Positions 49,262-59,473 of a stretch of 64,000 nucleotides of DNA are shown in pieces (the stretch's first letter is position 1; each line of letters opens with the position of its first letter). This DNA comes from Promethearchaeota archaeon (GTDB lineage Archaea; Asgardarchaeota; Lokiarchaeia; Sigyniarchaeales; SOKP01). Below the pieces are notes generated by a model. That model had not been told where the DNA came from. It saw only the letters and a list, made by a program, of their open reading frames with translations, and searched no databases. The position numbers and the translations under genes were made by a program. The stretch is from positions 1 to 64,000 of the forward strand of contig JBHLOY010000011.1 of the NCBI GenBank assembly GCA_048939995.1, given 5' to 3'.

Positions 49262-50635
49262 CTATTTTAATTGGCGAAAATCAGATATAACCTTTTGAAG
49301 GCGTTCAATTAATTCTTCAATCTCTTTATACTTTTCTCTAATTGGATTAGAATCTAAATTAAGATCTTCAATCTCTTTATTCAAACTTGCGGTGAACTTT
49401 GAGCTGAGTATTTTATTTTCATTAATCATATTCTCAGAGAGATTATTCATATTTTTATAAACTTCATTAATAATATCTGAAGATTTAAGCACTAAGGGGC
49501 TAATATTAGACTCTGTCTGTTTGATATTATATAGTTTGACCTCTTCATAAGATATTTTTTCTTTTAGATTCTCTACGAGTTCCTGCAAATTCTTTTCGAT
49601 AATAATTTTAATCTCCTCAGAAATCGTTTCAAATGTCTTTGAAATGTCTACTGTAAACTCTTCTTGGGCTTTGATTCTTCTGTTAATATATTCTGAGACG
49701 TTTTTAATGAATACATTTGAAATCTCAGTAAAACTTCGGTCAAAATAAATCTGTATATCTTCAAGACCTTTTTCAATAGAATTTTTCATTTGACTAACAC
49801 TGCTTCGAATATATTCGGTACCTTTTAACGATCCATTGCGAATATCAATCATCCAACGAGTCAATTGTTCTTTGTAGGCGCCTATGAAGGATTCGGCAAA
49901 TTTTGAGGTTCCTTCCTTAAACCCTGAAAAAACTGGTTCGATTTGCGTATTGAATTCATCCAAATCGCCATTTATAGCAACTTCCACTTTTGGTATTTCT
50001 TGAAGTTCTTCAACTGAAGGTTTTCTAATTTCTTCAAATTCATTGATAATAATTGGAGTTTTTCTTTGAGTGTCTTCCACAAGTTCTTTTATCCATTTAT
50101 AGAAATCTAAGGTTTGAGGAATTTCTAACTCATATTGAACTCTCAAATATTCACTATCGGTTCCTTTTGATAAATTTTTCAATCTAAAAATTTCAAATCC
50201 AAAATTATTTTCTATATTCAGTAAGGAACAATCAAAAATTATGATAAATCCATATGGATTTTTTTCATTTTGGAAATATAATTGATTACTTTTGTCTGCA
50301 TGAGAAAGGAAAAACCCTCCTTTTAATCTCGAATGGTACCATCCAATAATTTTAAGATTAGTAGTAGATACTCTCTCCTCGATCTGCATAATTTTTTCAT
50401 GCATTTCCTGGGAAAATCCTAATTCTGCTATATCTCCATGGGATACGGGAATAACATTTAAAATATTAAGTGTTTTTTCTATTGTTTCCCCGATACATAT
50501 TCCCAAAACCTCTTGGTTTTCATCCAATGATTCATTTGAAAATCTTGCTATGTGAGTAAGCATTTTTCTGAAAGCATCATTTTTAATGAACACTTTCCAA
50601 TCGCTTGCTACTTCTATTTGCTTTTCATTTGACAG
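49262..50635 (-). CDS. MPN-domain protein with a degenerate JAMM motif (HSR) and coiled-coil tail, probable CTG start
   Basis: EVLGICIG...GWYHSRLKGGFFLSHAD. The frame is open past GTG 50593 to CTG 50635 (MSNEKQIEV...). Confidence 0.85.
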   Translation of the reverse strand: MSNEKQIEVASDWKVFIKNDAFRKMLTHIARFSNESLDENQEVLGICIGETIEKTLNILNVIPVSHGDIAELGFSQEMHEKIMQIEERVSTTNLKIIGWYHSRLKGGFFLSHADKSNQLYFQNEKNPYGFIIIFDCSLLNIENNFGFEIFRLKNLSKGTDSEYLRVQYELEIPQTLDFYKWIKELVEDTQRKTPIIINEFEEIRKPSVEELQEIPKVEVAINGDLDEFNTQIEPVFSGFKEGTSKFAESFIGAYKEQLTRWMIDIRNGSLKGTEYIRSSVSQMKNSIEKGLEDIQIYFDRSFTEISNVFIKNVSEYINRRIKAQEEFTVDISKTFETISEEIKIIIEKNLQELVENLKEKISYEEVKLYNIKQTESNISPLVLKSSDIINEVYKNMNNLSENMINENKILSSKFTASLNKEIEDLNLDSNPIREKYKEIEELIERLQKVISDFRQLK

Positions 50636-50650
50636 TTTATAACACTCTCA

Positions 50651-52096
50651 CTATTTTAATTCTTTTTTTAGGTCTCTAATTGTATTATGAAGATTTTTCT
50701 TTTCATTCTCTAACTTTTCGATTTTATTTAGAACTGGACTTTTAGACCCCTCAAGAACTAATATAGCTGCTTTAAGATCAGCTAGAACCTTTTTCAAATC
50801 CTTGTCTAGATCAGAAAAGATCGTTTGAATATTTAAAATTCTTTTCCTAAAGTTACCTAAAATTATTTCTTGATTTTCTTCAATTGCTCCTTTAATTCTA
50901 CTCTTAGTTGGTTCGATCATATTATTAATATTTTCTATTTTATTGTAATTTTCCTCTAAATCTTTTAATATTGATTCATTAGTCTTATGAATTTCATCCA
51001 AATCTTCCAAATTATTATTAAATTTATTTAACATTTCAGTTATCTTAGGTAGAAACTTAAGATCGATTCCTTCATGTATTTGTTTCATAAGATTTTCCTT
51101 AAAAGCATCAATTTGTTGTTTCATGTTAGTAAAAATCTCATCAAGATCATCAAGTTTATCATCAATATAGAAATCTAATCCTTTCAACTTATCTTGTAAT
51201 GAGAAATTATATGACTTTTGAAGTCTAGTGATCCCCCCACTTAAATTTTCTTTAAGTTGGATTAGATCATTCCTTATTTGTGAAGTATTATAATATGTTT
51301 TTTTTATAATTTCTTGACTCCATAAATTAAGAATTTGAATTAGAGGCTCAATAGATGAATCGATAAATATAGAAAAACTTTCTTTAAGATTGTTCAATAG
51401 AACTGGGATTGATATTTCTGGGATTTTGCTTTCTAACTGTTTCTGCTCAGGAAAAAAGATATCCCCAAATAATTCTGTCGTTTCATTTAATTCAAGAATA
51501 GGTGGCTCTTTTGAGTAGATATTATTTATAAGATCAACTATTTTCTCGTAAAATTCAAAACTATCTGGAGGTTCGACTATCGCTTTAACTTCATAATATT
51601 TAGAGTTTAAGCCCTTTGAAGGGTCTAATAATCTGAAAACTCTGAAACCTAAATCACCTGATTTTTCTAAGAAAGCATGATCAAATACAATTCCTAATCC
51701 ACTAGGATTTTTATCTTGCCAAAAAAGCTGGTTAAAGATATCAGTACTAGAGAAAAAGATTCCCAGATTGGGATGTGAATGATACCATCCTACAGTAAAC
51801 CAATTTTTATCACCATGTTCCTCCCAGATTTGCCTATCAATTTCACCAAAAGCACCAAGTTGTTCTGGGGAAAATTTGACCTCTATAGAACCACCATGAG
51901 ATATAGGGATAATATCTTCCACTATAACGTCTTTAATTTCTCCTTCACCAGTTTGATACCCTATTAACATGCCCATAACTTCTTTATATTCATTTACTGC
52001 TTGTGTTTTAGATCCAAATCGAAGAACATGGACTAACATTTTATAATAGGCCATTGGCTTGATAGTAACAATACTAGCGTCTGTAATTTTGCCCAT
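50651..52096 (-). CDS. JAMM/MPN+ metalloprotease (Rpn11/CSN5-like) with coiled-coil tail
   Basis: EVMGMLIG and an intact GWYHSHPNLGIFFSSTD motif. Confidence 0.9.
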   Translation of the reverse strand: MGKITDASIVTIKPMAYYKMLVHVLRFGSKTQAVNEYKEVMGMLIGYQTGEGEIKDVIVEDIIPISHGGSIEVKFSPEQLGAFGEIDRQIWEEHGDKNWFTVGWYHSHPNLGIFFSSTDIFNQLFWQDKNPSGLGIVFDHAFLEKSGDLGFRVFRLLDPSKGLNSKYYEVKAIVEPPDSFEFYEKIVDLINNIYSKEPPILELNETTELFGDIFFPEQKQLESKIPEISIPVLLNNLKESFSIFIDSSIEPLIQILNLWSQEIIKKTYYNTSQIRNDLIQLKENLSGGITRLQKSYNFSLQDKLKGLDFYIDDKLDDLDEIFTNMKQQIDAFKENLMKQIHEGIDLKFLPKITEMLNKFNNNLEDLDEIHKTNESILKDLEENYNKIENINNMIEPTKSRIKGAIEENQEIILGNFRKRILNIQTIFSDLDKDLKKVLADLKAAILVLEGSKSPVLNKIEKLENEKKNLHNTIRDLKKELK

Positions 52097-52221
52097 TATT
52101 TGTCACTTAATCTATCAAGTTTAGATATAGTTAACTTTTGTAATATTTATAATTTATCTCATTTAAAAATTGATTTAAGCAATTATAAAAAATAAAATTA
52201 GAGAAGTGTCTAATATCAACT

Positions 52222-52851
52222 TTAATGCGGAAGTTTTCCACCACAATATGGACAATATTTCCAATCTAAATCTTTTCCGCAATGAGGACAGAATATTGAT
52301 GGACCTTCTTCAGCTTTAGGTATAGATGGCAATTCTCTAGAGGTTTTAATTGTTTCAGCTCTTCTTTCTGCTTCTTCTTGCTTCTTGTAAATCATTCGTT
52401 CTTTAAACGCTTGACGTTTTTCTTCATCTAATTCTTGGTTGCCCTTCGTCGCCTCTTGCTTCACCCATCCTACAGATTGAGGTCTCTTTATTTCGCTTTG
52501 TGGAACTTTCTCTAATTCTATCTTTTTAGTTTCTTTCAGAGGAGCCATTACTTTCTTTTGTTCCTTTTTCTCAAGAGCTTGCTTTACTAATGCTTGCGTT
52601 GTTTTCATAACTTGGTGCGGATTTATATTTGGAATAGCAACAGTGCGTAAAACCCAACCTACGATGAGATTCTGATTAGGAAAGCCTCCATCTGCTACAT
52701 CTTCATCTTTATAAACATATGACTCAATAACATTTTGTCCTTTTAATAATCGTGAGGCCCACATTTTATTGATAAGCCCTAATTGAATCCTATAGGAGGT
52801 TCCGGGTATTCCCAACTGACTTGTTAATGGTTCAAAACCTTTATCTGCCAT
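52222..52851 (-). CDS. Hypothetical protein with C-terminal zinc ribbon
   Basis: CPHCG...CPYCG. ATG at 52851. Confidence 0.8.
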   Translation of the reverse strand: MADKGFEPLTSQLGIPGTSYRIQLGLINKMWASRLLKGQNVIESYVYKDEDVADGGFPNQNLIVGWVLRTVAIPNINPHQVMKTTQALVKQALEKKEQKKVMAPLKETKKIELEKVPQSEIKRPQSVGWVKQEATKGNQELDEEKRQAFKERMIYKKQEEAERRAETIKTSRELPSIPKAEEGPSIFCPHCGKDLDWKYCPYCGGKLPH

Positions 52852-53058
52852 TATAATCAAATGATCTTAATTCTGTCAGAATCAGAAATAATCTGATACT
52901 TGTAATAATATAATGGTAAATTATCAATTTAAATAATTTTATGTTTTAATAGACAAAATGGATATAGATATCATTTGATTTAAGAAAAAAATAGACATAA
53001 ATATAGGTGGTAGTATAAACATATCAATTAGAAAATAAATTTATCTTATGATGTAAAA

Positions 53059-54012
53059 ATGACTGTGATCATTCCGAGAGAAGCTTATTTGACAGTTGTG
53101 GCAGCTTCGGTCAGATTTGCGAATCGAAAAATTTCCCAGAATGATTGGTTAGAGGTTAATGGAGTGTTTATTGGAGAACTTAAAGGAGATGACGTAATAA
53201 TAAAAGAAGCTTATCCTATAATGCACCAAAAATTAGACAAGACTGCAGTAATCGATAAATACGAATGGTCTGCAGAAGATAATATCTCATATACTTTAAT
53301 CGATGAAGAAGCTTTCTCAAGAGGTTTGTTCACAGTCGGCTCTTGGCATTCCCATCCCGGCTTCAAAGTAATGTTAAGCCATATTGACATTAGACACCTA
53401 GCTTTCCATCAAGGAGCAAACCCGAATTATTTTACTTTAGTATTTAATCCAAAGAGATTAATGAGACAAGTAGAAATGCCCGAAAAAAAAGGAGATCCAG
53501 AGATTCAACTAAAAGATGATCCTGGATTTAAAATTTTTAGTTTAGATGATATAAATAGGGGAATTGAAGCCTCTTATCATACAGTGCAGTATCATATAGA
53601 AGGTTATGATTCAATGGAACAGTTAGTTAATTTGAGTCAAAAATTTGTCGTTGAAATAACTAATTTATTCCCCAAGGAGAATCTCTTTAAAGTATATGAA
53701 AATTTCATTATGGAAAAAACACAAAATTTAGATTCTCTTCTTTTAGGCACTGAAGAATATCTAAATACATTGGCAAGGAAAGGAGAATCAAATCGAGTTT
53801 CTGAAGTTTTAGAGAATCAAGCAAAAGAGATTAGAAAATTCATTGCTGAAGCTTATATTAAGATTGACAATATTAAACAATTCATGAACTATTTAGAATT
53901 TAAAGAGAGAGATACTATAATCCCTAAAATAAAAGAACTCTTTTCAAAATGGGATGAGAAAATCTCCACTATTGATTTAAAATTAAATAAGTTAGCAAAA
54001 CAGTATAAATAA
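53059..54012 (+). CDS. JAMM/MPN+ metalloprotease with helical C-terminus
   Basis: EVNGVFIG and an intact GSWHSHPGFKVMLSHID motif. Confidence 0.88.
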   Translation: MTVIIPREAYLTVVAASVRFANRKISQNDWLEVNGVFIGELKGDDVIIKEAYPIMHQKLDKTAVIDKYEWSAEDNISYTLIDEEAFSRGLFTVGSWHSHPGFKVMLSHIDIRHLAFHQGANPNYFTLVFNPKRLMRQVEMPEKKGDPEIQLKDDPGFKIFSLDDINRGIEASYHTVQYHIEGYDSMEQLVNLSQKFVVEITNLFPKENLFKVYENFIMEKTQNLDSLLLGTEEYLNTLARKGESNRVSEVLENQAKEIRKFIAEAYIKIDNIKQFMNYLEFKERDTIIPKIKELFSKWDEKISTIDLKLNKLAKQYK

Positions 54013-54134
54013 GTTCCCAAAATTTTTAAAAACCGATTTTTAATCTAAGGATTAAAAGGAAAATCTTTATTTTGGTTGATATTATTTTTAATCAAAAGAA
54101 TGCTTAACTAAATTATTTATTATACAGAATTAAA

Positions 54135-56339
54135 ATGAAAAAGATTAATTTCCCATTTACTGCGATACTTGGTCAAGACAGGATGAAAATGGGACTCATA
54201 CTTAACGTTATTGATCCACAAATAGGTGGGATTTTATTATCAGGCCAGCAAGGAACGGGAAAGTCAACCGCGGTTAGGAGTTTAGTTGAAGTAATGCCTG
54301 AGATTGATGTTGTTAGAGATTGTGCTTTTTCATGTGATCCAAAATCAAGTATTGATGATTTGTGTGAAGAATGTCGCAAAAAAAAGGAAAAAAACAAAAT
54401 AGAAATAAATACACGCGAAATGAAGCTAGTGAACCTCCCACTTGGTGTAACAGAAGATATGGTTTGCGGTAGCCTTTCTATTGATAAAGTATTAACCGAA
54501 GGAATAAAAAGTCTTCACCCTGGGTTACTCGCTAAAGCAAACAGAGGTATTCTTTATATTGATGAAATTAATCTTTTACAAGATCATATAGTTGATACTT
54601 TATTGGATGCCGCATCATCAGGGGTAAATATTATCGAAAGGGAGGGAATTTCAGTCATGCATCCTTCAAGTTTTGTACTAGTTGGCTCAATGAACCCAGA
54701 AGAAGGCGAATTAAGACCACAAATTGCTGATCGCCTTGGATTAGAGGTCAAAATCAAAGCTCCAAGAGATCCTAAGTTAAGATCAGAAATCACACGCAGA
54801 GTAATTGAATTTGATGATAACCCAAAAGATTTTATCAAGCAATATGAAAAGGAGGAAAAAAAATTACGAGAAAAGATTAAACAAGCACGTGAAATTTTAA
54901 AGGAGGTAAAGGTTCCTTCCTCAGTTTTTGAATTTGTGTCAATGATTGTAAATGAGTTAGAAATATTTTCTCAAAGAGCAGATATTACTTTCATACGTTG
55001 TGCTAGAGCTAATGCCGCTTTCAATGGTAGGAGGGAAGTGGTTGAAGAAGATCTAAATATTGCAATGGATTTAGTCTTTGAACATAGAATCCAGTCACTA
55101 CATTATGAAATGACGCCCACAGAAATTAAAGCAAAAATTGCAGAGGTTTATGGAAAAATACAGAAAGCCTATGAGGATCCAAAAGCTTATAAACCGAATA
55201 AAAATACAGAGGGACCATTAAAACATGATGACAATATTCAAAAAGAATTTAAACGTCAGTCAGTAGATCCAAAAAAGGTGAAAATTCCAGAAACTAAAGA
55301 ACAGAAATTACCACCCCCTAAATATCCTGATAATAGAAAGAGAAATCCGGCTCCAGCAGGAGGTTGGAAAGTCAAAAATATTCCTTTTGATGAATTAGAT
55401 TTAAAATTTTTTGACAATGAAGTCGAGGATTTACCCTTAATATACAAGATGGAGCAAAAAATGAGTTCTATCTTGGACAATATCCGTAAAGAACGAAAAA
55501 TTTCCGATTATGGTGGACGTGGTATAGGAAGACGTATCAAAATATCGTCTTCTCAAAAAGGAAAGTATATATCATATCGAACTCCCGTGAATAAGCCCAA
55601 GAGTCTTGCTTTAGATGCTACCATCAGGAATTACTTAAAAAATACTATTTACAACCAAACAGATATTGAATTTCCAATAAAGTTTGATATATATGATTTG
55701 ATGGATAAAATATTTGAATATCGTTCTCCTCTTGTCTTATTTTTTGTACTCGATAGTTCAGCCTCAATGTATTATGTAATCAAACAGATGACCGATGTAA
55801 TTTTATCATTGCAAAAGGAAGGATATAGAAAACGTGATAAAATTAGTTTAATTATATTTCGAGGTAAGGAAGCAATTGTATTTGAAAAACCTACAGTTTA
55901 CTTTAAAAAAGCTTTAATAAAACTAAAAAATATCGAAGGTAAATCATATACACCTATGGCGGCTGCACTTACAAAATGTATTAAATTAATAAATGCCGAA
56001 AAATTGAAAAATAGGAATATAATCCCTGTGATTTTCATATGTTCAGATTGCGGAGCAAATATTTCTGCTAAGAATCCTGAATTAATTGCTCAGATACAGA
56101 GTGATTATACAATAATAATTAACGAGTTGAAGGAATTAACGAAATCACTGTCAAAAAAAGGGGTCCATCTTGTAGTCCTAGAACCCAAAAAGAGTTATGC
56201 TACTCAGGCCTTAGGAGTTAATACATATGCTGCCGATAAAATTAAAAAAAATTTCAAAGAGTTTGGGAAAGCACAAATTTTTCAATTTGATAAATATAAC
56301 CCAGAAAGATTAATATTAGAATTAAAACGAATATTGTAA
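54135..56339 (+). CDS. Chelatase subunit I/D-like AAA+ ATPase fused to a VWA domain
   Basis: FPFTAILGQ, GQQGTGKS, LYIDEINLL and NPEEGELRPQ motifs, Pro-rich linker, MIDAS LDSSAS. Confidence 0.9.
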   Translation: MKKINFPFTAILGQDRMKMGLILNVIDPQIGGILLSGQQGTGKSTAVRSLVEVMPEIDVVRDCAFSCDPKSSIDDLCEECRKKKEKNKIEINTREMKLVNLPLGVTEDMVCGSLSIDKVLTEGIKSLHPGLLAKANRGILYIDEINLLQDHIVDTLLDAASSGVNIIEREGISVMHPSSFVLVGSMNPEEGELRPQIADRLGLEVKIKAPRDPKLRSEITRRVIEFDDNPKDFIKQYEKEEKKLREKIKQAREILKEVKVPSSVFEFVSMIVNELEIFSQRADITFIRCARANAAFNGRREVVEEDLNIAMDLVFEHRIQSLHYEMTPTEIKAKIAEVYGKIQKAYEDPKAYKPNKNTEGPLKHDDNIQKEFKRQSVDPKKVKIPETKEQKLPPPKYPDNRKRNPAPAGGWKVKNIPFDELDLKFFDNEVEDLPLIYKMEQKMSSILDNIRKERKISDYGGRGIGRRIKISSSQKGKYISYRTPVNKPKSLALDATIRNYLKNTIYNQTDIEFPIKFDIYDLMDKIFEYRSPLVLFFVLDSSASMYYVIKQMTDVILSLQKEGYRKRDKISLIIFRGKEAIVFEKPTVYFKKALIKLKNIEGKSYTPMAAALTKCIKLINAEKLKNRNIIPVIFICSDCGANISAKNPELIAQIQSDYTIIINELKELTKSLSKKGVHLVVLEPKKSYATQALGVNTYAADKIKKNFKEFGKAQIFQFDKYNPERLILELKRIL

Positions 56340-56378
56340 ATATCACAAAATTTCTTAAAAGTCAAAAATTTTTATCAT

Positions 56379-57638
56379 TTGATGGAAAAGAAAGGGAACT
56401 CTGTCCTAATAGTCGGTTTTAACACTCGTCCTCTTGCTTATTCTCTCTATAAAGCTGGTTATATAGTATACGTAGTAGATTTTTTTGGGGATTTAGACTT
56501 ATTTCCTTATATTAAAGATGGTTCAATTATAATAAAAGAATTAGGGACTTCATATAAACTAATCCAAAAGAATTACCATCGCTACTTAACGGAATTTACA
56601 ATTAAGCTATTAGAGAGAAATCCTAAAATAGATAATTTAATAATTGCGAGCGGTTTAGATGATCAAATTGAAGAGCGTAATCAAATATTAAGAATAATCA
56701 GAGATAGAAATTACAAGATAAAGAATCTTAATAATGATATTATAAATATTAAAAATGCTCGCAATATCATAGAAGTAAATAAACTTTTAAAGGAAAAGGG
56801 TTACAAAGTTCCTATCACTGAACCATTTGAAAGTATAAACAAAATACCTCCTTCTATAACATTTCCTCTCATTTTTAAAAAAAGAAAGAGTTCTGGAGGT
56901 ATTAATGTGTATAAAATTGAAAATAAAGAAAAACTTATTTTTCTAATTAAAAATCTCGGGAGGAAAGAGTTTAAACCTTCGGATTGGTTAATACAAGAAT
57001 TCATTGAAGGAATTCCAGCTAGTTGTACAACAATTTCTAATGGAAATGAGACAAAAATAATTTCAATTAATCGTCAAGTTATTGGCTTAGACATTTTAAA
57101 CCCTCCTAAAGATTTTATGTATTGTGGAAATATTGTTCCTGGTAACTTCATATCAAGAGCTAAAAAATTAATTGCTGAGATATCTATTGCTTTAGCAAAT
57201 AGGTTAAGATTAAAAGGAATTAATGGGTTTGATTTCGTATTAAGAAGGCAATACCCTTACTTAATGGAAATAAATCCAAGGATTCCTGGTTCTATTAGCG
57301 CTTCAGAACATTCAATGGAACTTAATTTAATAGATTTACATATTAAAAGTTTTAATAAAAATTGTTGGAATGAAATTGTAGAGATATTAGATAACGCCAG
57401 CTACAAAAAATATGCAACTAAATTAATATATTTTGCTCCAAAAGAGGTGGATATCAATAAAATAACAAAAGTCAATCATCTCAAATACATTCACGATAAA
57501 ACTGACCCGATAAAAAGCATAATGCAAGGAGAACCAATATGTTCGATCTTATTTATAGAAAATTCATTTGCTAATTCCTTTTTTGGAGCATTAAAGATAG
57601 CAGATAATATAACTAAGATTCTATCACTTAATTATTGA
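56379..57638 (+). CDS. Archaeal ATP-grasp family carboligase
   Basis: GFNTRPLA..DFFGDLD, IQEFIEG and MEINPR motifs. Confidence 0.85.
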   Translation: MMEKKGNSVLIVGFNTRPLAYSLYKAGYIVYVVDFFGDLDLFPYIKDGSIIIKELGTSYKLIQKNYHRYLTEFTIKLLERNPKIDNLIIASGLDDQIEERNQILRIIRDRNYKIKNLNNDIINIKNARNIIEVNKLLKEKGYKVPITEPFESINKIPPSITFPLIFKKRKSSGGINVYKIENKEKLIFLIKNLGRKEFKPSDWLIQEFIEGIPASCTTISNGNETKIISINRQVIGLDILNPPKDFMYCGNIVPGNFISRAKKLIAEISIALANRLRLKGINGFDFVLRRQYPYLMEINPRIPGSISASEHSMELNLIDLHIKSFNKNCWNEIVEILDNASYKKYATKLIYFAPKEVDINKITKVNHLKYIHDKTDPIKSIMQGEPICSILFIENSFANSFFGALKIADNITKILSLNY

Positions 57639-58358
57639 CTTAATTTTTGCTATATAAGATCCTAACTTTCTTTCGTCAGCTTCGGGTACCGCAATAGCAA
57701 GAACTCTCGTTTCATCTAATTCATGAATTATAATTGACCCATTCTCCCCACCAATTATGGAAAATTCTAAACTTGCCTCCAATAACACACTTGATAAATT
57801 ATATATCGCAGAAGTAATAGCTGAAAGGATTGGTTCGGGCATTGTCGATTGAATTTTAATTGGTAACCCATCTTTGGTTATAATTGCAATTACTAAGGCG
57901 TTCGGGATTGCTCTTTTTATAGCAACAAAAATTTCCTCTTTAATAAGATCAGAAGTTTCGATTATTGCAGAGATCTGAATCGCAAATTTTTTTAATGAAT
58001 TTATATATGAATCCAATCCTTCAAGTTCAGCTAATTCTCGGTTCAAATATGACATTAAGGCGATATTTTCGGTTAAAATCGAAACTATAATCCTCTTTTT
58101 TCCGGTAATGAGATTATAAGAGAGCCTTTGATTCAAAGAATCATGTAAAATTTTTGAGGAAAGGAAGACCATACTGCTACTTGCGGCAGAAATCTCTGTT
58201 TTGGTTAATGTTATATCTTTTTTGAATTTACTAGCAAGATGGGTTCCACCGTGAGAAGAGATGGAAATACCAAGTATCCCATGCTTTTCATCTATTTCTT
58301 TTTGAATTAATCTAATTAAATCAATTTCTAAATCATTACTTTTCGGTTCCGAACTCAT
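57624..58358 (-). CDS. Tandem roadblock/LC7-domain protein
   Basis: Two roadblock units (GISISSHGGTHLAS..ISAASS / AIITKDGLPI..LSAITSAI..IIGGENGSIII). Confidence 0.82.
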   Translation of the reverse strand: MSSEPKSNDLEIDLIRLIQKEIDEKHGILGISISSHGGTHLASKFKKDITLTKTEISAASSSMVFLSSKILHDSLNQRLSYNLITGKKRIIVSILTENIALMSYLNRELAELEGLDSYINSLKKFAIQISAIIETSDLIKEEIFVAIKRAIPNALVIAIITKDGLPIKIQSTMPEPILSAITSAIYNLSSVLLEASLEFSIIGGENGSIIIHELDETRVLAIAVPEADERKLGSYIAKIKSIIK

Positions 58359-58546
58359 GATTTTATAATAAGAGTGATCGCATATAAAAATATTCCTATA
58401 GCCTTTACTTCAATCAATACTAAAGAGACTTCTGTATTCTTAAATAGAATTAATTAAAAAAATTAATTTTTCAAAATTTAACTAAGAAATATAAATGAGT
58501 TCTTTCATAATTATTTATAAATCAGATAAAAAATAGGATATAACCC

Positions 58547-59443
58547 ATGGAAAACAACGATGATCTAAATCAGAAGCACATGAATACAATACAAAAAGAA
58601 ATAGAGCTTAGGGATTTAAAATTAAAAGCGCAAGAACAAATAGTAAAAACTAAAGATGAAATGATCGAAAATTTACAAAATTCTATAAAACTTAAAGAAG
58701 ATCAAATTCAAACACTTAAGGATTCTTTAAAACTAAAATCTGAACAAGTTAATACCTTAGATAATTCAGTTAAGATTAAAGATGAAAAAATCAATACATT
58801 AGAGAAATCAATTGAATTAATAGAAAGACAATTAGAAAATTTAAGTGATACTTCGATTGATAAAAATATCCTTCTTGAACGAGACAAAATAATACAAGAT
58901 CTTGAAGAAAAGATTGAAGCACTAAGTAAGGAGCTGGCAACAGCCGATGAGGATTTAGAGGCAATGGAACAAGAAAATGAAAAGCTAAGGAATCAATTTA
59001 CTGCTGCTTCAGGAGCAAAAATCATTGATTGGACTGAAATCCAGATTCCAAAGTCAAGAATTTTAGAAAAAATGAAAGAAATCTTGATGAAAGCCTTACA
59101 TAATGTCACGATTGCTGTACCGAATATTAAGGATCTACAAAAACTCCTTTTATATGAATTAAAATCATCAGTAAACATGAAAATCTCATGTCTAATAGAT
59201 CCTAGCTTGGAAGAAGATGCAGAACTCTTAGAAGAATTTGAAAGTCTTGATAACATATCAATTCGGATGTATGAGGGCGAAGATCGATATATTTTAGATA
59301 GAGATGGTGAGGAGTTACTATTCGCTGTAATTGGAAAGAATGAGAACAATCATTTAGTGATTCATACGAAGGATCCTAAGCATCTCCGAACCTTTCGAGC
59401 ATTAATTATGGAAAGCTGGCTTCGTTCCAGAAAAATTGAATAA
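58547..59443 (+). CDS. Coiled-coil protein with a C-terminal globular (TrmB/PLD-like) domain
   Basis: 14-aa periodic repeats (IENLQNSIKLKEDQ / IQTLKDSLKLKSEQ / VNTLDNSVKIKDEK), then an alpha/beta domain containing DRDGEELLF. Confidence 0.7.
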   Translation: MENNDDLNQKHMNTIQKEIELRDLKLKAQEQIVKTKDEMIENLQNSIKLKEDQIQTLKDSLKLKSEQVNTLDNSVKIKDEKINTLEKSIELIERQLENLSDTSIDKNILLERDKIIQDLEEKIEALSKELATADEDLEAMEQENEKLRNQFTAASGAKIIDWTEIQIPKSRILEKMKEILMKALHNVTIAVPNIKDLQKLLLYELKSSVNMKISCLIDPSLEEDAELLEEFESLDNISIRMYEGEDRYILDRDGEELLFAVIGKNENNHLVIHTKDPKHLRTFRALIMESWLRSRKIE

Positions 59444-59473
59444 ATTACTTAGAGATCAAACTATTTATTATCA

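Noticed and set aside
54135-56339. Calling this chlorophyll-pathway Mg-chelatase (chlD/bchD)
   Set aside because: The family match is only to the AAA+/VWA architecture. No chelatase H/N subunit or pigment genes are in the window.
1776-59349. Numerous short antisense or overlapping ORFs in the track (e.g. 1776, 5380, 7044, 9492, 11271, 22312, 33186, 38241, 40728, 41558, 54584, 58993)
   Set aside because: They lie within longer motif-bearing genes and have shadow-ORF composition.
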